Assembly (NCBI RefSeq): GCF_963921235.1
Contig: NC_086118.1
Span: 26,352,001-26,416,000 of the forward strand
Origin: Mobula hypostoma
Lineage: Eukaryota
Length of the DNA: 64,000 nucleotides
Direction: 5' to 3'
Shown here: piece by piece, positions 12,291 to 25,735 of the stretch
How positions within the stretch are numbered: the stretch's first letter is position 1
How the letters are laid out: each line of letters begins with the position of its first letter
The notes under the pieces: generated by a model
The model's database searches: none
What the model was told of the DNA's origin: nothing
The model's input: the letters and a program-made list of their open reading frames with translations, nothing else
Made by a program: the position numbers and the translations under genes

Positions 12291-14778
12291 ATGGAGGGAA
12301 ATAAAAACACTGAAATACTGAAGGTTTGGGTAGAGGTTAAAGAGGCAGATCAAAGGTTCCTTTTATTATCAAGGTATGTACACAGAATACAACGCTGAGA
12401 TTTGTCTTCTCCAGTTAGCCATGAAATACAGAAAAACCATGAAAGCCGTTCAAAGACATCAACCTCCCTCCCGCATGACAAAGAAAAAGAAACAAAGCTT
12501 GCAAACCCCCAAGGCACTTGGCCAAAAGCAGGTCAGGCATCATCGATAGCGGGAAATGAGCAATGTTCTGAAACGCTGACAGTTTATTACCCTCCAAAAA
12601 TGCTGCATGACTTCCTGAGTTCTTCCAGCATTCTATGAACATTGCTCCACATTTCCAGCATCTGCAGCTTCTATTGTATCTAAGTTCAATGATCTACTGG
12701 CTGCTTTCAGCCGAGGGTCTGGATTCCATCTGTAAAGTTCACCAGTCTTTACCATCTGTCTCTTTAAAATCTATCCAAACATCCTCATAGTTAGGAATAA
12801 AATTTTGTTTTATGTCACACCTCTTAAAGACTCGAAAACTTTTGTATATTGAAGGCACACATTTTCTTCTGTTGTTATAGTACCAGCAGTGATGATTGCT
12901 TATAAAAACTGAACGTTTCTAGCATTTTCAATTTTTTTATCAAACATGCATTATCATAACAATTGCACTTGAATTAATAACCTGTTACCTGATGAATTGT
13001 AAACCATACTCTATCTCATCTTTCTTTACATTGGAAAAAAAAACAAGAAGTAAATCATTATTTCCCATGCTCCATTTTTAATTAATTAACATATGCCCTA
13101 GATAACATAATACTGCATGCTCTTGAATAAAAGAGAGTGTATGTTGGAAGTTTGACATTAAAAAGATCAGTGTTGTCTATCTTGCAGTTTTCATGGGTTG
13201 GTATAAATGGAAGAGTGAACTCCACTCTTTATTTTTCCAAACCAAACCTAAATTTTACAGTATTTAAAATATATGCTGTTAAATTTGTTTAACTTTGGTT
13301 GAGTTTAACATTTTAGCTGCAGTGGTAACTTCATCCTACTATCTCCCTACAAACCCTCGAATTGCCTAATTATGCTTTTGTGGATTACAGCAAAATCCCA
13401 GCTGTCAGAAGAAATATGGTGACTCAAGAGAATTTTAGGAGTCTTATTGACAACAGAAAGACAGGAACAGAAGTCTGCATATCATTAAAATAATGATATT
13501 CACTTGCATTTAACTACCAGGTTTGCAACTGATGAAATATCACTTGCAGTCTCTATGAAACTATGACTGTACCACACAGAGCAATGGCAAGAAGGAAGAA
13601 TAAGCTGTCTCAACACATTGAGAGTACTAACAGAGGTATTAATTGGTCCTCTGTAAGGTCAGTTGCCTGTTATCCAGTTACATATATATCAAGAGAATAA
13701 CCAAAAGAAAGAAAGGTTGATAAAGGGAATGGTGATCACTTAACTCTCTCAAGATAGCCTACACAAGATTGGGAGTAGTTTGCTCCTTGTAATAACATAT
13801 CACAACCAATTTGATTCCAAATAAACACAGCAGGAAAGAGTGACAAATCTTTGACAGATTGGAAGTATCAGTAAATTCCAGTCCAGCACACCTCTCCAAA
13901 GCAAAATACATTGAGTTGGTTAGTATACAAGGCATAGAAAGATAATGTCTGAATTATAGACACAAGAGACGCAGATGCTGGAATCTGAAGCAAGATGTTA
14001 GAGGAACTCAGCAGATCAGGCAGATGAAGGAAAACTGTCCATTTCCCTTCACAGATGCTGCCTGGCCTGCTGAGTTCCGCTACCATCTGTGTTGCTAAGG
14101 GTTGCAATTTTTTTTCTATGTTTGTTTCATCATATGGTGGAAAAAAACACATGCAACTTCTGTAAATACTAACTTGCCTTTTAATTTAAAAACTTTTGTA
14201 GAAAAACATATTCTCACAGGTAAGGTTTTATTGATTCAGTAATGTGAACTTCATGACTAGAACCATGCATCTGCATTCATTGATTTTTTTTCCCATTTGA
14301 GGCCCGGCAACAACTGAGATGCTGTAACAGCAAAACCTACTTATTTTATTTCAAATCATTATCAGAGAAACCTGAAAGCTTTTATACTTCATTCTGGATT
14401 AAAGGTTGTCAGTCCTTTCATTTGTAGTGTAACCCTGATGGTGTTAAAACTCAGAGCTTAGCTTCACATCACCAGAAATGGTCACTCAACAAAGCCAAGG
14501 AATAGGTCTTCCTGGGTTTACCACCGATGCAAAATCCAAATCCTGTCTCCTGATCAAATCAAGTTGGGAATATACTGAGGTTTATCTGAAACATCCTGAA
14601 GGAGCAAATGAAGAGAGAAAGAAGCAGGGAAAGTGTAAAGAAAAAGGGATGGGGAGTGGTGGATTATAAATCTGAGAATGTGACTGAGCAAAAGAATGGA
14701 AAAGTACCTAAATGGAGTGGTCCTGAAATCAGAGTTGGTTTACAATGGAAGTATCATTCTCTTAAAGTGGTCAGTAAT

Positions 14779-14912
14779 TGTGGCACAGTTGGTAGAGTTG
14801 CTGCCTCACAGTTCCAGTGACCAAGGTTTTGATTCCAACATCTAGTGCTTTCAGGGTGGGGTTTGCATGTTCTCCCCTTGACCGCATAGGTTTTCTCCCA
14901 CATCCCAAAAAC
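14779..14912 (+). mobile_element. tRNA-derived SINE (HE1/V-SINE-like) head, followed by a CR1 tail
   Basis: Box A-like tggcacagttgg, decayed box B, core gtttgcatgttctcccc; related copy at ~4895-5025. Confidence 0.65.
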
Positions 14913-14914
14913 AT

Positions 14915-16870
14915 AAGACCATAAGATATTGGAGCAGAATTAAGCTATTTGACTCATCGAGCTTGCTCTGCCATTTCATCATGGCTGATCCAATTTTCCT
15001 CTCAGCCCCAATCCTCTACCTTCTTCCAGTTTCCCTTCATGACCTGAACAATCAAGAATCTATCAACCTCTGCCTTAAATATAAATACAGACTTGGCCTC
15101 CACAGCTGTCTGTGGCAACAAATTTGATAGATTCTCCACTCCCTGGATAAAGAAATTCCTCCTTATCACTATTCTAAAAGGACGCCCCTCTATTCTGAGG
15201 CTTTGTCCTCTGGTCTTTGACTCTCCCACCATAGGAAACATCCTCTCCACATCCACTCTATGAAGTCCTTTCACCATTTGATAGGTGTCAATGAGGTCAC
15301 CCCCTCATTCTTCCGAATTCCAGTGAATACAGGTCCAGAACCATCAAATGTTCTTCATATGACAAGCCGTTCAATCTTAGAATCATTTTCATGAAACTCC
15401 TTTGAACCCTCTCCAGTTTCAGTGCATCTTTTCTAAGATAAAGGTCCCAAAACTGCTCACAGTATTCCAAGTGAGGCCTCACCAGTGCTTTATAAAGTCT
15501 CAACATTACATTTTGCTTTTATATTCTGGTCCTCTTGAAATGAATGCTAACATTGCATTTGTCTTCCTCACCACAGAATCGACCTGCAAATTAACCTTTA
15601 GGGAATCCTGCATAAGCACTCTCAAGTCCTTTTGTGCCTCAGTTTTTTTGTATTTTCTCTCCATTCAGAAAATAGCCAGGCCCTTCATTTCTTCTAACAA
15701 AGTACATGACCATACACTTCTTGACAATGTATCCCATCTGCTACTTCGTTGTCCATTCTCCTCATGTCCCTCTGTAGCCTCCCTACTTCCTCAAGACTGC
15801 CTGCCCCTCCATCTATCTTCGTATCGTCTGCAAACTTTGCAACAAAGCCATCAATTCAATCATCCAAATCATTAACATATAGTGTAAAAAGAATCAGTTC
15901 CAACTCAGACCCCTATGGAACACCTATAGCCTCCAGCAGCCAACCACAAAAGGCTCCCTTTATTCCCACACTTTGCCTCCTGACAATCAGCCACTGCTTT
16001 ATCCATGCCAGAATCTTCCCTGTAATGCTACTTGTTAAGCAGCCTCACATGTGGCACCTTGTCAAAGGCCTTCTGAACAGAACATCAACCTATTCTCTTC
16101 TGTCTACCCTGCTTTTTATTTCTTCAAAGAATTCCAACAGATTTGTCAGGCAAGATTTTCCCTTGAGGAAACCATGCTGACTATAGCCTATTTTATCATG
16201 TGCCTCCAAGTACCCCGAAACCACATCCTTAACAATCGACTCCAATATCTTCCCAATCATTGATGTCAGACTAACTGGCTTATAGAACAACTGGCTTTGT
16301 TCTGCCACTCTCCCTTCTTAGAGTGGAGTGATATTTGCAATTTTCCAGTCTTCCAGAACCATTCCAGAATCCAGTGATTCTTGAAAGATCATTACTGATG
16401 GCTCCATAATTTTCTCAGCCACCTCTTTCTGAACTCTGGGTGTTACACCAGCTGGTCCAGGTGACTTATCTACCTTCAAATCTTTCAGTTTCCCAAGAAC
16501 TTTCTCTCTAGTTACGATAACTTCACACACTTCATGACTCCTGACACCTGGAACTTTTGCATACTGCTAGTGTCTTCCAGAGATGCAAAATATTTCTTCA
16601 GTTCATCCGCCATTTTCTTGACCCCATTACTACCTCTCCAGCATCGTTTTCCAGTGTTTCAATATCCACTCTTGCCTCTCGTTTACATTTTATTTATCTG
16701 AAGAGACTTTTGCTATCCTCCTTATATTATTGGCTAACTTACTTTCGTATTTCATTTTTATCTTCTTAATTACTTTATTAGTTGTCTTCTGTTGGTATTT
16801 GAAAGCTTCCTAATCATCTAACTTCCCACTAATTTCTGCTCTATTATGTGCCCTCTTTGTGGCTTTTATG
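14915..16870 (-). mobile_element. Decayed 5'-truncated CR1 LINE
   Basis: KSPGP, QHGFLKGKSCLTNLLEFFE and RPHLEYC fragments with internal deletions. Confidence 0.9.
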
Positions 16871-17059
16871 CAGAGTGATAGTTAATACCATTCACAATTA
16901 GACTCTAATGAGTAGGTTCCTGGTAGAAAGCAAGGGATGTTGACAGAAATATAGGGAGAATAAACAGGATTGATTTAAGCAGGTGTTTCATGGCCAGTGC
17001 AGACTTCATGTGGCCAAGGGCTTGTTCCCATTCTGTGTCACTCAATAACTCTATTGATT

Positions 17060-17327
17060 CCCAATTGAAAACAGAAATGCGAAGAAATTTTTTTAGTCAG
17101 AGGATGGTGAATCTATGGAATTTGTTGCCATGGGCAGCAGTGGAGGCCAAGTCATTGGGTGTATTTAAGGCAGAGATTGATAGGTATCTGAGTAGCCAGG
17201 GCATCAAAAGTTATGGTGAGAAGGCGGGGGAGTGGGACTAAATAGGAGAATGGATCAGCTCATGATAAAATGGCGGAGCAGACTCGATGGGCCGAATGGC
17301 CTACTTCTAATCCTTTGTCTTATGGTC
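17060..17327 (+). mobile_element. CR1 3' end fragment
   Basis: TEMRRNFFSQRMVNLWNLLP...FKAEIDRYL followed by the 3' UTR. Confidence 0.85.
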
Positions 17328-17894
17328 AGTACAGAAAGATTTGACGTTTTTTTTAAACAAGCATGCCTGATTTTCTTCAACAAATGCACTGACTCAAACA
17401 AAAATCAAACTAAAGATCCCACTTCTTTCTCATCCAGCTGACACAGTGTTGTCAATAATATCGCTTAGTTTCGTGAAAAATTCTCACAATTCAAGTTCTG
17501 CACCCAAACCAGAGGGGGCAGAATTCTTCCAGCAGGATTTGGTCATGGACGTGAATATCTTAAACTAAAATTCAGTTTGCTGTAAAAATCCAGAACTGCA
17601 CGTGGAACAATGTGTAAAGCTCTTTAACAGTAAATGAATGGACAAATGGTCTGCCTGTTACTCCCATCATTACACTGATGTAAAGCTAGTCTTAGTTCCC
17701 AGTTAATCTTTTAATCTTATCAAAAGCTGTTCTTTCCCCATTGTGTCAGTATTCCTTCACATTCTATTAAGTTTCTTTCATTTCATTTTTTACTATTTTG
17801 TTTTTTTTTCTAAGTTGTCTTCCAAGCTTCCATACCACTGTTGAAATGGACATGAATGAGGAAGCCATTCACCTTTATCCAGTATTTCATTAAT

Positions 17895-18150
17895 TTAGAG
17901 ATAAAGCACAGAGCGTGCCCTTCCAGCTCAACAAGCTGCACCACCCAGCAACCCATCTATTGAACACTAGAATAATCACAGGACAATTCACAATGACCAA
18001 TTAACTGGAACGTCTTTGGACTGTGGGAAGAAATTGGAGTACTCAGAGGAAGCCCATGCGGTCATGGGGAGAATGTACAAACTCCTTACAGACGGCGCTG
18101 GAATTCTCCTCTAACACCGTGCTGTGGTAACGTCATGTCGTTTCGCTACT
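17895..18150 (-). mobile_element. tRNA-derived SINE (HE1/V-SINE-like)
   Basis: Reverse complement of the V-core gagtttgtacattctccccatgaccgcatgggcttcctc. Confidence 0.65.
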
Positions 18151-18451
18151 CTGCTGCCCTGTATCAACAGACACCCGCAGTTACCTGCTGAATTCAAAAT
18201 GGTTCAGCATCCACAAAGTGTTGACTGTGCTGAAGTGATTTGATTTTCATTTTCAATTTATTGATTTAACTCAGTTTAAAGTTAAGTTCTTTTAACTCCA
18301 TACATTTCGGTCCTTCAGGTAAGTGAATATCCAGTTCTATGATAGAACTGGTTAATTAAAGTCAAGCGACGTGTATTGTTATTTGTGAATACAAATCTGT
18401 GGTCCCAACTAAAAACCTAGCATCCACAGAATGTGATCTTGGTAAATTGGG

Positions 18452-19505
18452 AACACACACAAAATGCTGGACGAACTCAGCAGGCCAGGCAGCATCTATG
18501 GAAAAGAGTACAGTCGATGTTTTGGGCCTAAACCATTCAGCAGGACTGGAGGAAAAAAAGCTGAGGAGTAGATTTTAAAGGTGGGGGAGGGGAGAGAGAA
18601 AAACAAGGTGAACGGTGAAATTGGGAGGGGGAAGGAAGAACTAAAGAGCTGGGAAGTTGATTGATGAAAGAGATACTGAGCTGGAGAACTGGAGAAGTAG
18701 GAGTCTGATAGAAGAGGACAGAAGGCCATGGAAGAAAGAGAAGGATGGAGGACACCAGAGAGAGGTGATGGGTGGGCAAGGAGATAAGGTGAGAGAGGAA
18801 AAACTGCATTGGGAATGGTGAAGGACAGAGTGGGGGGGGGGTATTACTAGAAGTAAGAGAAGTCAAGGTTCATGCCATCAGGTTGGAGGCTACCCAGGCA
18901 GAATATAAGGTATTGTTCCTCCAACCTGAGCGTGGTCTCATCACAACAGTGGAAGAGGTCATGGGTAGGCATATCAGAATGGGAATGGGAAGTGGAATTA
19001 AAATGGGTGGCAACTGGGAGATCCTGCTTTTTCTGGTGTATGGAGCATAGGTGCTTGGCGAAGCGGTCTCCCTATCCACACTGGGTCTCACCGATATACA
19101 GGAGGCCACACTGGGAACACCGGACACAGCACATGAACCCAACAGGTTCACAGGTGGAGTGTTGCCTCACCTGGAAGGACTGTTTGGAGCCCTGAATGGC
19201 AGTGAGGGCAGAAGTGTAGGGGCAGGTGTAGCACTTGTTCAATTTGCAAGGATAAGTGCCGGTAGGGAGATCAGTAGGGAGGGACAAATGGACAAGGGAG
19301 CAATCCTTGTGGAAAGCAGAAAGTGGGGGGGGGGAGAGGAGGGAAAGATGTACTTGGCAGTCCCCTTAGAGATGGCAGAAGTTGTGGAGAATTATGTGCT
19401 GGACATGGAGGCTGATGGAGTGGAAGGTGAGCACAAGGGGAGCCCTATCTCTGGTAGGGTGGCGGGAGGATGGGGTGAAGGCAGACTTGCGTGAAATGCA
19501 AGAGC
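18452..19505 (-). mobile_element. Decayed Neptune PLE 3' fragment
   Basis: Translation GTYPCKLNKCYTCPY...CSQCGLLYIGET; degenerate hammerhead near 18510-18547. Confidence 0.88.
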
Positions 19506-19829
19506 AACTTCCGCCATAGGGATTGAGCACATTTGGAGTGCTACATACTGTTCTCTTTGGCCACAAACTCATGTTCTGAATCCTGTGTTGCTTGCTTGGT
19601 GCTTGTAAGAATTTCTCCTTGGAGCTGATAAATAAAAGGTCCAGTTGTAGAGATCCATATGGTAACCAATAGCAAAGAAAGGAAACACTGGGGTTTCACT
19701 GAAGAAATAAGAGCAGTCGATGTTCAAATTGATAAGAATGAAAAAGGCAATAATCTTGGTAGAATTACAGATTAAAAAAACTCAATATCAGTGAAATGTT
19801 AGGGGCAGAGTGTCAACAATAAATAAAGC

Positions 19830-20385
19830 CCTGATATACCCCCATCTGGAATATTGTGTACAAGTGTGACCTTCTCTCTAAGGAAGGACATACTTGGAAT
19901 TGAGTCAAAAGTCAAAGTCAATGTCAGCAGCAAAGGTTCATTATGTTCATTCTCAGGAAGGCAACTCTGTCACAGGAAAAGGTTAGGTAGACCAGGGCAT
20001 AGCACTCTCAAGTATAAGAGAATAAGGGAACGTCTCATTTAATTCTTGAAGGGCCATCAGAATCCCATCAAAAGTGTCCAGAAATCACATGTCAGTACAA
20101 GGGGCTGGGTTAGCAATCCAGGACAAAGTTGGGAAGTGCCTTTACCCAGTATGCACTAAATCCTTGGAATTCTCCACTCAAAATTGTTTTTGGAGGCTCA
20201 GTCATTGAGTATATTCAAGATAGAGATTGTTATTTTTTAAGGGATAAAAAGAATCAAGGGACAGAAGGTTAGTGCAAGAAAGTGGTGCTGAGCTTAATAA
20301 AAAATACCCTGATCTTACTGAATAGCTCAGTAGGCACAAGGGGCTGAATGCCCTACTTCCCATTCAGTTTCTTTTCATGGTCTCA
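19830..20385 (+). mobile_element. Highly decayed CR1 3' fragment
   Basis: catctggaatattgtgtaca, aggaaggacatacttgg and 3' UTR similarity to other CR1 copies in the window. Confidence 0.6.
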
Positions 20386-20964
20386 TGCAAAAGTAACAAG
20401 CAATTTGAAAACTCAAAGTGAAGCCAACAGATAACTTCCAGTGAATCAAAAGTGCACAAACTTGTGTGCTGACAGTCCAGAATGTGCAGTTGTGTGTGAG
20501 GGAGAATTTGTTTAGATCAAATAAAATTTCAAATTAGTACAGCTGTCAAGTGCAAATAAAACCAGAATACCAGCACTTAGAACCACTTGTGATTAAAAAT
20601 GCGATTTTTCCCCCACTTGATCATCAGTATTGTGATAAGATCAAGTGATCCACTGAAGCTTACAGCCATTAGCTTATGGACTGAGCATCAATTGTAGCTG
20701 TAAACATGGTCTCCTTCCACCTGGCTTTCAAAATGACATTTCATGACACACAAAGCTCTTGAAGCGTGAACATGTGTGATTACAGGACAGCCATCTCCTC
20801 TTGAAGGCTGATACCAAGTGATGCAGCAAACTCAGTCTTCAGCTACCGCACAAGGAAGGACAAGAAGCTCTTGCTTTCCGAGAATTTTAATTGTTATGAC
20901 AAGATTATTCTGCACAAACAACTACACTAATCGTAACTATATTACAGCAACCCCCTTTACCTAA

Positions 20965-21453
20965 GAAAGTGGCCACTGAATGTATGTTCATGGACTTCTG
21001 CTGATGTAGCCCATCCACTTCAGGGACTGACATACTGTATGTTCAGAAATACTGTTGTAACGCAGTTATCTGAGTTATTGTCACCTTCCTATCTGCTTGA
21101 ACCAGTCTGGCCATTCTCCTTTACCTCTTTCATTAACAAGACGTTCTTGCCCACAGAATTGCCACTCACTGGATGCTCTTTCTGTTTTTCACACCATTCT
21201 CTGTAAACTCTACAAACAAATCCCAGGCGATCAGTAGTTTCTGAGATACTCTGGGACAGACAATCATTCCACAGTCAAAGTCACTTAGATCACAATTCTT
21301 CCCCATTCTGATGCTTGGTCTGAACAACTGAACCTCTTGACCATGTCTGCATGGTTGTATGAACTGAGCCTCTGTCACATGATTTGGCTGATTAGATATT
21401 TGCATTAATGAGCAGGCGTACAGGTGTACCTAATAAAGTGGCCACAGAGTGTA
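20965..21453. mobile_element. Internally deleted Tc1-like remnant
   Basis: End caggtgtacctaataaagtggccacagagtgta, repeated aaagtggccac motif, minus-strand IRMGKNCDLSDFDCGMIV transposase N-terminus. Confidence 0.7.
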
Positions 21454-22224
21454 AATATAACTTATTTAAGATGTTAATAGTCTTTTGTTGGTAAAATTGT
21501 AGAAACAGTGTTTTTAAGGGTACATGGGAACTATGAGAAGGGATGCAACCAATGGCTGGCGGTAAAAGAAAGAGATAAAAGAAACCAGTTGATTGGAGCA
21601 TTATCCAATTGGGTTGGGAATAAGAGATATGGTTAGTGAAAGTTATTTAACAGCTGAGGGAGCAATTATAAACTTCCTGCAGTTTTGAACAGAGGTAACA
21701 ATAGGAGCTCTACAACTTGTACATCAGTATGTTGCTATGCTAAAATTAAGTTTGGCAGAAATTTTATTTTTCTAAACTGCATCTTCATGTTTATTCATAT
21801 TTTACTTCCAACAGTGAAATTGTTAAGAATCTCTTGGCTTCATTATTTATTACTTCAAAATAAAGCTCACTTCTAAAGCTCACAGAGAAATAGCCAAATG
21901 TATTTTAAAACCAAAAAGCATTTTCTTAATTTGAACCCTCCCAAATGGGAAGAAGGTTCAATCAGTACACTGTAATCAGTGTAATGTATATGTTAGAGTT
22001 TATAGTAAATGACTGACACTGGAGAAATGCAAATAACTATGAAAATCCCAAAAGCAGCATACAGATCTAAGATAAAAACTTCATAATAAGTCAATTTTCC
22101 TTTGATTTATTCACCATTAAAACTGAATTATGCAGTGCATCAAAACATGGCACCACACAACCTGCCTTCTGGACAAGTGTGTTGTTAAGAATAGGATTTA
22201 ACAACTGAGTGTTGGATATTCTCC

Positions 22225-22720
22225 AAGGTTATGGACTATGCTCAATCAACTAAAAATCTCGATACTTGGAAAATTGTGCAGGGTTCTGGTCACCCACCGA
22301 TAGGAAATATGTCAATTAGCTGTAAAGGATGCAGAAAAGATTCTCAAGGCTGTCGTTACTGGAACTGTAGCACTCGCATTACAAGACAAGCCCAGAAAGG
22401 CTGGAACTCGATTCCCTGAAGTGTAGAAGGACAAAGGTTAACGTTATGGAGGTATATAAAATTCTGAATCATGTAAATAAGGTGAATGGTCGCAGTCTTT
22501 ATCCTAGGATATAGGAGTCTAAAACTAAAACACACAAATTTAAGGTGAGGGGGAAAGATTTATTAGGGACCTGAGGGGCAACTTTTTCACATAGAAATGT
22601 TAGGAATATGGAACGAACTGCCAGAGGAAATGACAGAGGTGGGTAGAATTACAATATTTTAAAAGCACTTGGACAGGTCAGCGTGGCTGAGTTTGCCAAC
22701 CAGTCTGTTTCTTAGCTGTG
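22225..22720 (+). mobile_element. Decayed CR1 3' fragment
   Basis: ttgtgcagggttctggtcacc...gacctgaggggcaactttttcaca...tggaacgaactgccagagg, resembling the reverse complement of 8030-8480. Confidence 0.7.
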
Positions 22721-23774
22721 TAAATCTAATACCTACCTCAACGTAAATAAAACAGATAATAGTTATCCTAAAGAAGCACAACAGGACAATGGAGACATTT
22801 AGAAGCAGTGCTTAACTGTTCACAGACTGCTGCCCCATGTAGAACAGCAGTGGCAAAAGGCACCTCCAAGAATTGGGAGTTATCTAGCCCCAAGGACTCA
22901 CCAGAGATGAATAAGGGATGCCAGACAGGTCTACCTCTATTCACCCCAACATTTCTGGTGGTTAAACTTTCATTAAAACTCTAATTTCTAATGAATAGTC
23001 ATCAACTTGAAACATTAACTATCTTTCCGCTTTGATGCAGTCTGGCCTGCTGAGTAGTTTTAGCCATTTTTATTTATTGCTATCATCTGTAATTCTTCAT
23101 GTGTTGCTTCCAGTTAATGATGTCTTTCAGAAGCCTCTACCTGTGTGGACTTTACAAAGATACCCTAAATAGATGTAATGTCGACCAACAGATGAAGAAG
23201 CTGGTACGAATTAATGACTTGGTCCGTCAGCAGTACAACTTGGAGAGTAGACAGTTTGCACAGAGCAGTAACAGCAGCAGCCACACAATTTTGTATATTG
23301 AAACGTTTATCAAAGTGATTAGCGTGGCAGTTTCATCTTGCAAACTTCTGAGCATTGAGAAAATAAACAGACCCAGCAGGATTCATTAGCATCCAAAGAG
23401 AGAAAAAAGATACCAACTTTTCTTCCAGCTTCCCTTAACTCCAGTATTAATTAAAATACAGAAACACTTCCTGGCTGGAGCTCCTTGATAAGACCTTATT
23501 CAAGGGCTTATCAACTTAGCAACAAGTGGACTCAAAGCTCCTACAAGTAAACAATGGTCCCATTCTATACCAATCTTTTAGACATTAACCTTAAAAGAGT
23601 CTGCAGTAATACAATTGTTGGCATAAAGGAAGCACTACTCATGAACATTCAAGCCTGATGAAGTGTCTCAGTGTGAAGTGTGTGTAGCACTACACATGAC
23701 ATAGCTAAAAGCTTCAAGTGGGAGTGTAAGTGGGAGTTGTACATGGGAAAGGGGAAGGACTGATGCCATTTACT

Positions 23775-24370
23775 GCAACACACACACAGAATGCTGGAGA
23801 AACTCAGTAGGCCAGGCGGCATCTCTGGAAATGAATAGTCAACGTTTCGAGCAGAGATCCTTCTCACGACTGAGAAGGAAGGGGGAAGACACCAGAATAA
23901 AATGGTGGGGTCGGAAGGGGAAGGAGGCTAGCTGGAACGTGATAGATGACACACACAAAATGCTGGAGGAACTCAGCAGGCTGGGCAACGCATATGGAAG
24001 AAAATACAGTCAATGTTTTGGGGTGAGACCCTTCGGCGGGATTTCCAGCATCTGCAGATTTTCTCGTAGGTGATGGGTAATGCCAGGTGGGTGGGAAAGG
24101 TAAAAGGCTTGAAAAGAAGGAATCTGATAGGGAAGAAGAGTGGACCGTAGGACAAAGAGGAGGAGGAGGAGGAGGAGGGGTCCCAGAGGGAAGCAGTGGG
24201 CAGGTGAGAATAGGTAAAAGGTTAGAGTGGGGGAATAGAGGAAAGTGGGGAGGGTAATTAGCTTACAGAATTAGTTCACAGGAAGGAGAAATCGATATTC
24301 ACGCCAACAGGTTGGAGTCAGACAGAATATAAGGTGTTGCTGCTCCACCCTGAGGCTGCCTCATCATGGT
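23775..24370 (-). mobile_element. Decayed Neptune PLE 3' fragment with a second short PLE end nested at ~23950-24066
   Basis: Two occurrences of the acacacaaaatgctgg..aactcagcagg terminus, a purine-rich UTR and the ORF C-terminus. Confidence 0.75.
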
Positions 24371-25176
24371 ACTTGCTTGTTCGTTTGATGGATAGCCATG
24401 TTTCCAACAATTTCTATTCTGACTTTACATTTGGATGTCTACAGCCAATATACCAATGAGTCTGAATTCAGTAGGTGACTAAGTAAAACTGAACAGCAGA
24501 ATGGACAGGGTACAAATGAAAAGTGTACGAAAACAATGACTGCAGGCAGAAAATGCAACAACATGACCAGCTGGCAAGTCAGTGACTAGAATAACATATG
24601 TGACTATTTCTTCCTCAATGAAGAGAGTAAAAAATGCCAAAGGCATAAGATGGAGGAAGAAGGAAAGCTTTTGAAATGCAAGAGAGACATCGCACAGGAC
24701 CCTGTTCATGATCCAAAGTACACCTTTGTATAGCCTACAATTTCCTTTCTAACTTAGTCACTCAATTCAAATTATCTGCAAACAATAAAATTCTTAACTA
24801 AATTTCATATCGACAGTTCTCACCATACTGTTCAAATAGGAAAATATTTTAGTAGAATAAACATTTTATTTTATTCCATCTATAAGCACCGGGCTTAACA
24901 GCCTATTGTGTGCAAATGTTACTGATGTTGACCCAAACTCAGAGTACGTTACTGAACATGATCATATCCATTAAGGGATAGTCAGTATCTTTTCCTTCGG
25001 GTGGAAGTGTCAAATAGAGGACAGAGAATCAGAATCAGGTTTAATATCACTGGCATATGTCATGAAATTTGTTACATTTGCAACAGCAGTATAATGCAAT
25101 ACATGATAAATGTAGAAATGATATGAGCCAGCTGTACCTTTCCTCATTCCCTGTCATGCACTGTTGAACTTGAACA

Positions 25177-25735
25177 TAGGGTTTGCCAGCTGTCCCGTAT
25201 TTGCCGGGACATCCTGTAAATTCGGCTAAATTGGTTTGTCCCATATGGGACCGCCCTTGTCTCATATTTCCCCCGCTAAGGTAGAGCGTTCCTATGAAAC
25301 CTTTCGTGCCGAAATGGCGTAAAGCGAAGAAGCAATTACCATTAATTTATATAGGAAAAATTTTTGAGTGTTCCCAGACCCAAAAAAACCTACCAAATCA
25401 TATCAAATAACACATAAAACCTAAAATAACACTAACATATAGTAAAAGCAGGACATACAACCTATATAAAGTAGAAATAATGTATGTACAGTGTAGTTGG
25501 GAAGATTAAGCCAAAACCGATTTGTGGAAAAAAAATTGGCACGTACGCACATGTCACATATGCGCACGTCACGTGTGTGCACACGGGTGCCCGTGCAAGG
25601 CTTCGTGGTCATGGTAGTCTTTCTCGGGGTAAATGCAAGTGTCCCGTATTTGACTGCTACTTTTGTCCCTTATTTGGGAGTGAGAAAGTTGGCAACCCTA
25701 ACTGTAAAAGACATGTTGAGGTGAGTTTAACCCTA
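25177..25735. mobile_element. Non-autonomous hAT-like element with 8-bp TSD, nested in another hAT-like MITE ending ~25830
   Basis: TIR tagggtttgcca / tggcaacccta (ends 25700); 8-bp cttgaaca at 25169-25176 and 25736-25743. Confidence 0.75.

Noticed and set aside
18510..18547. Further hammerhead copies (also ~23837, ~30550, ~51720, ~53310)
   Set aside because: Core boxes or the cleavage site are mutated (for example CTGCTGA, AAAAC), so they are not called as functional.
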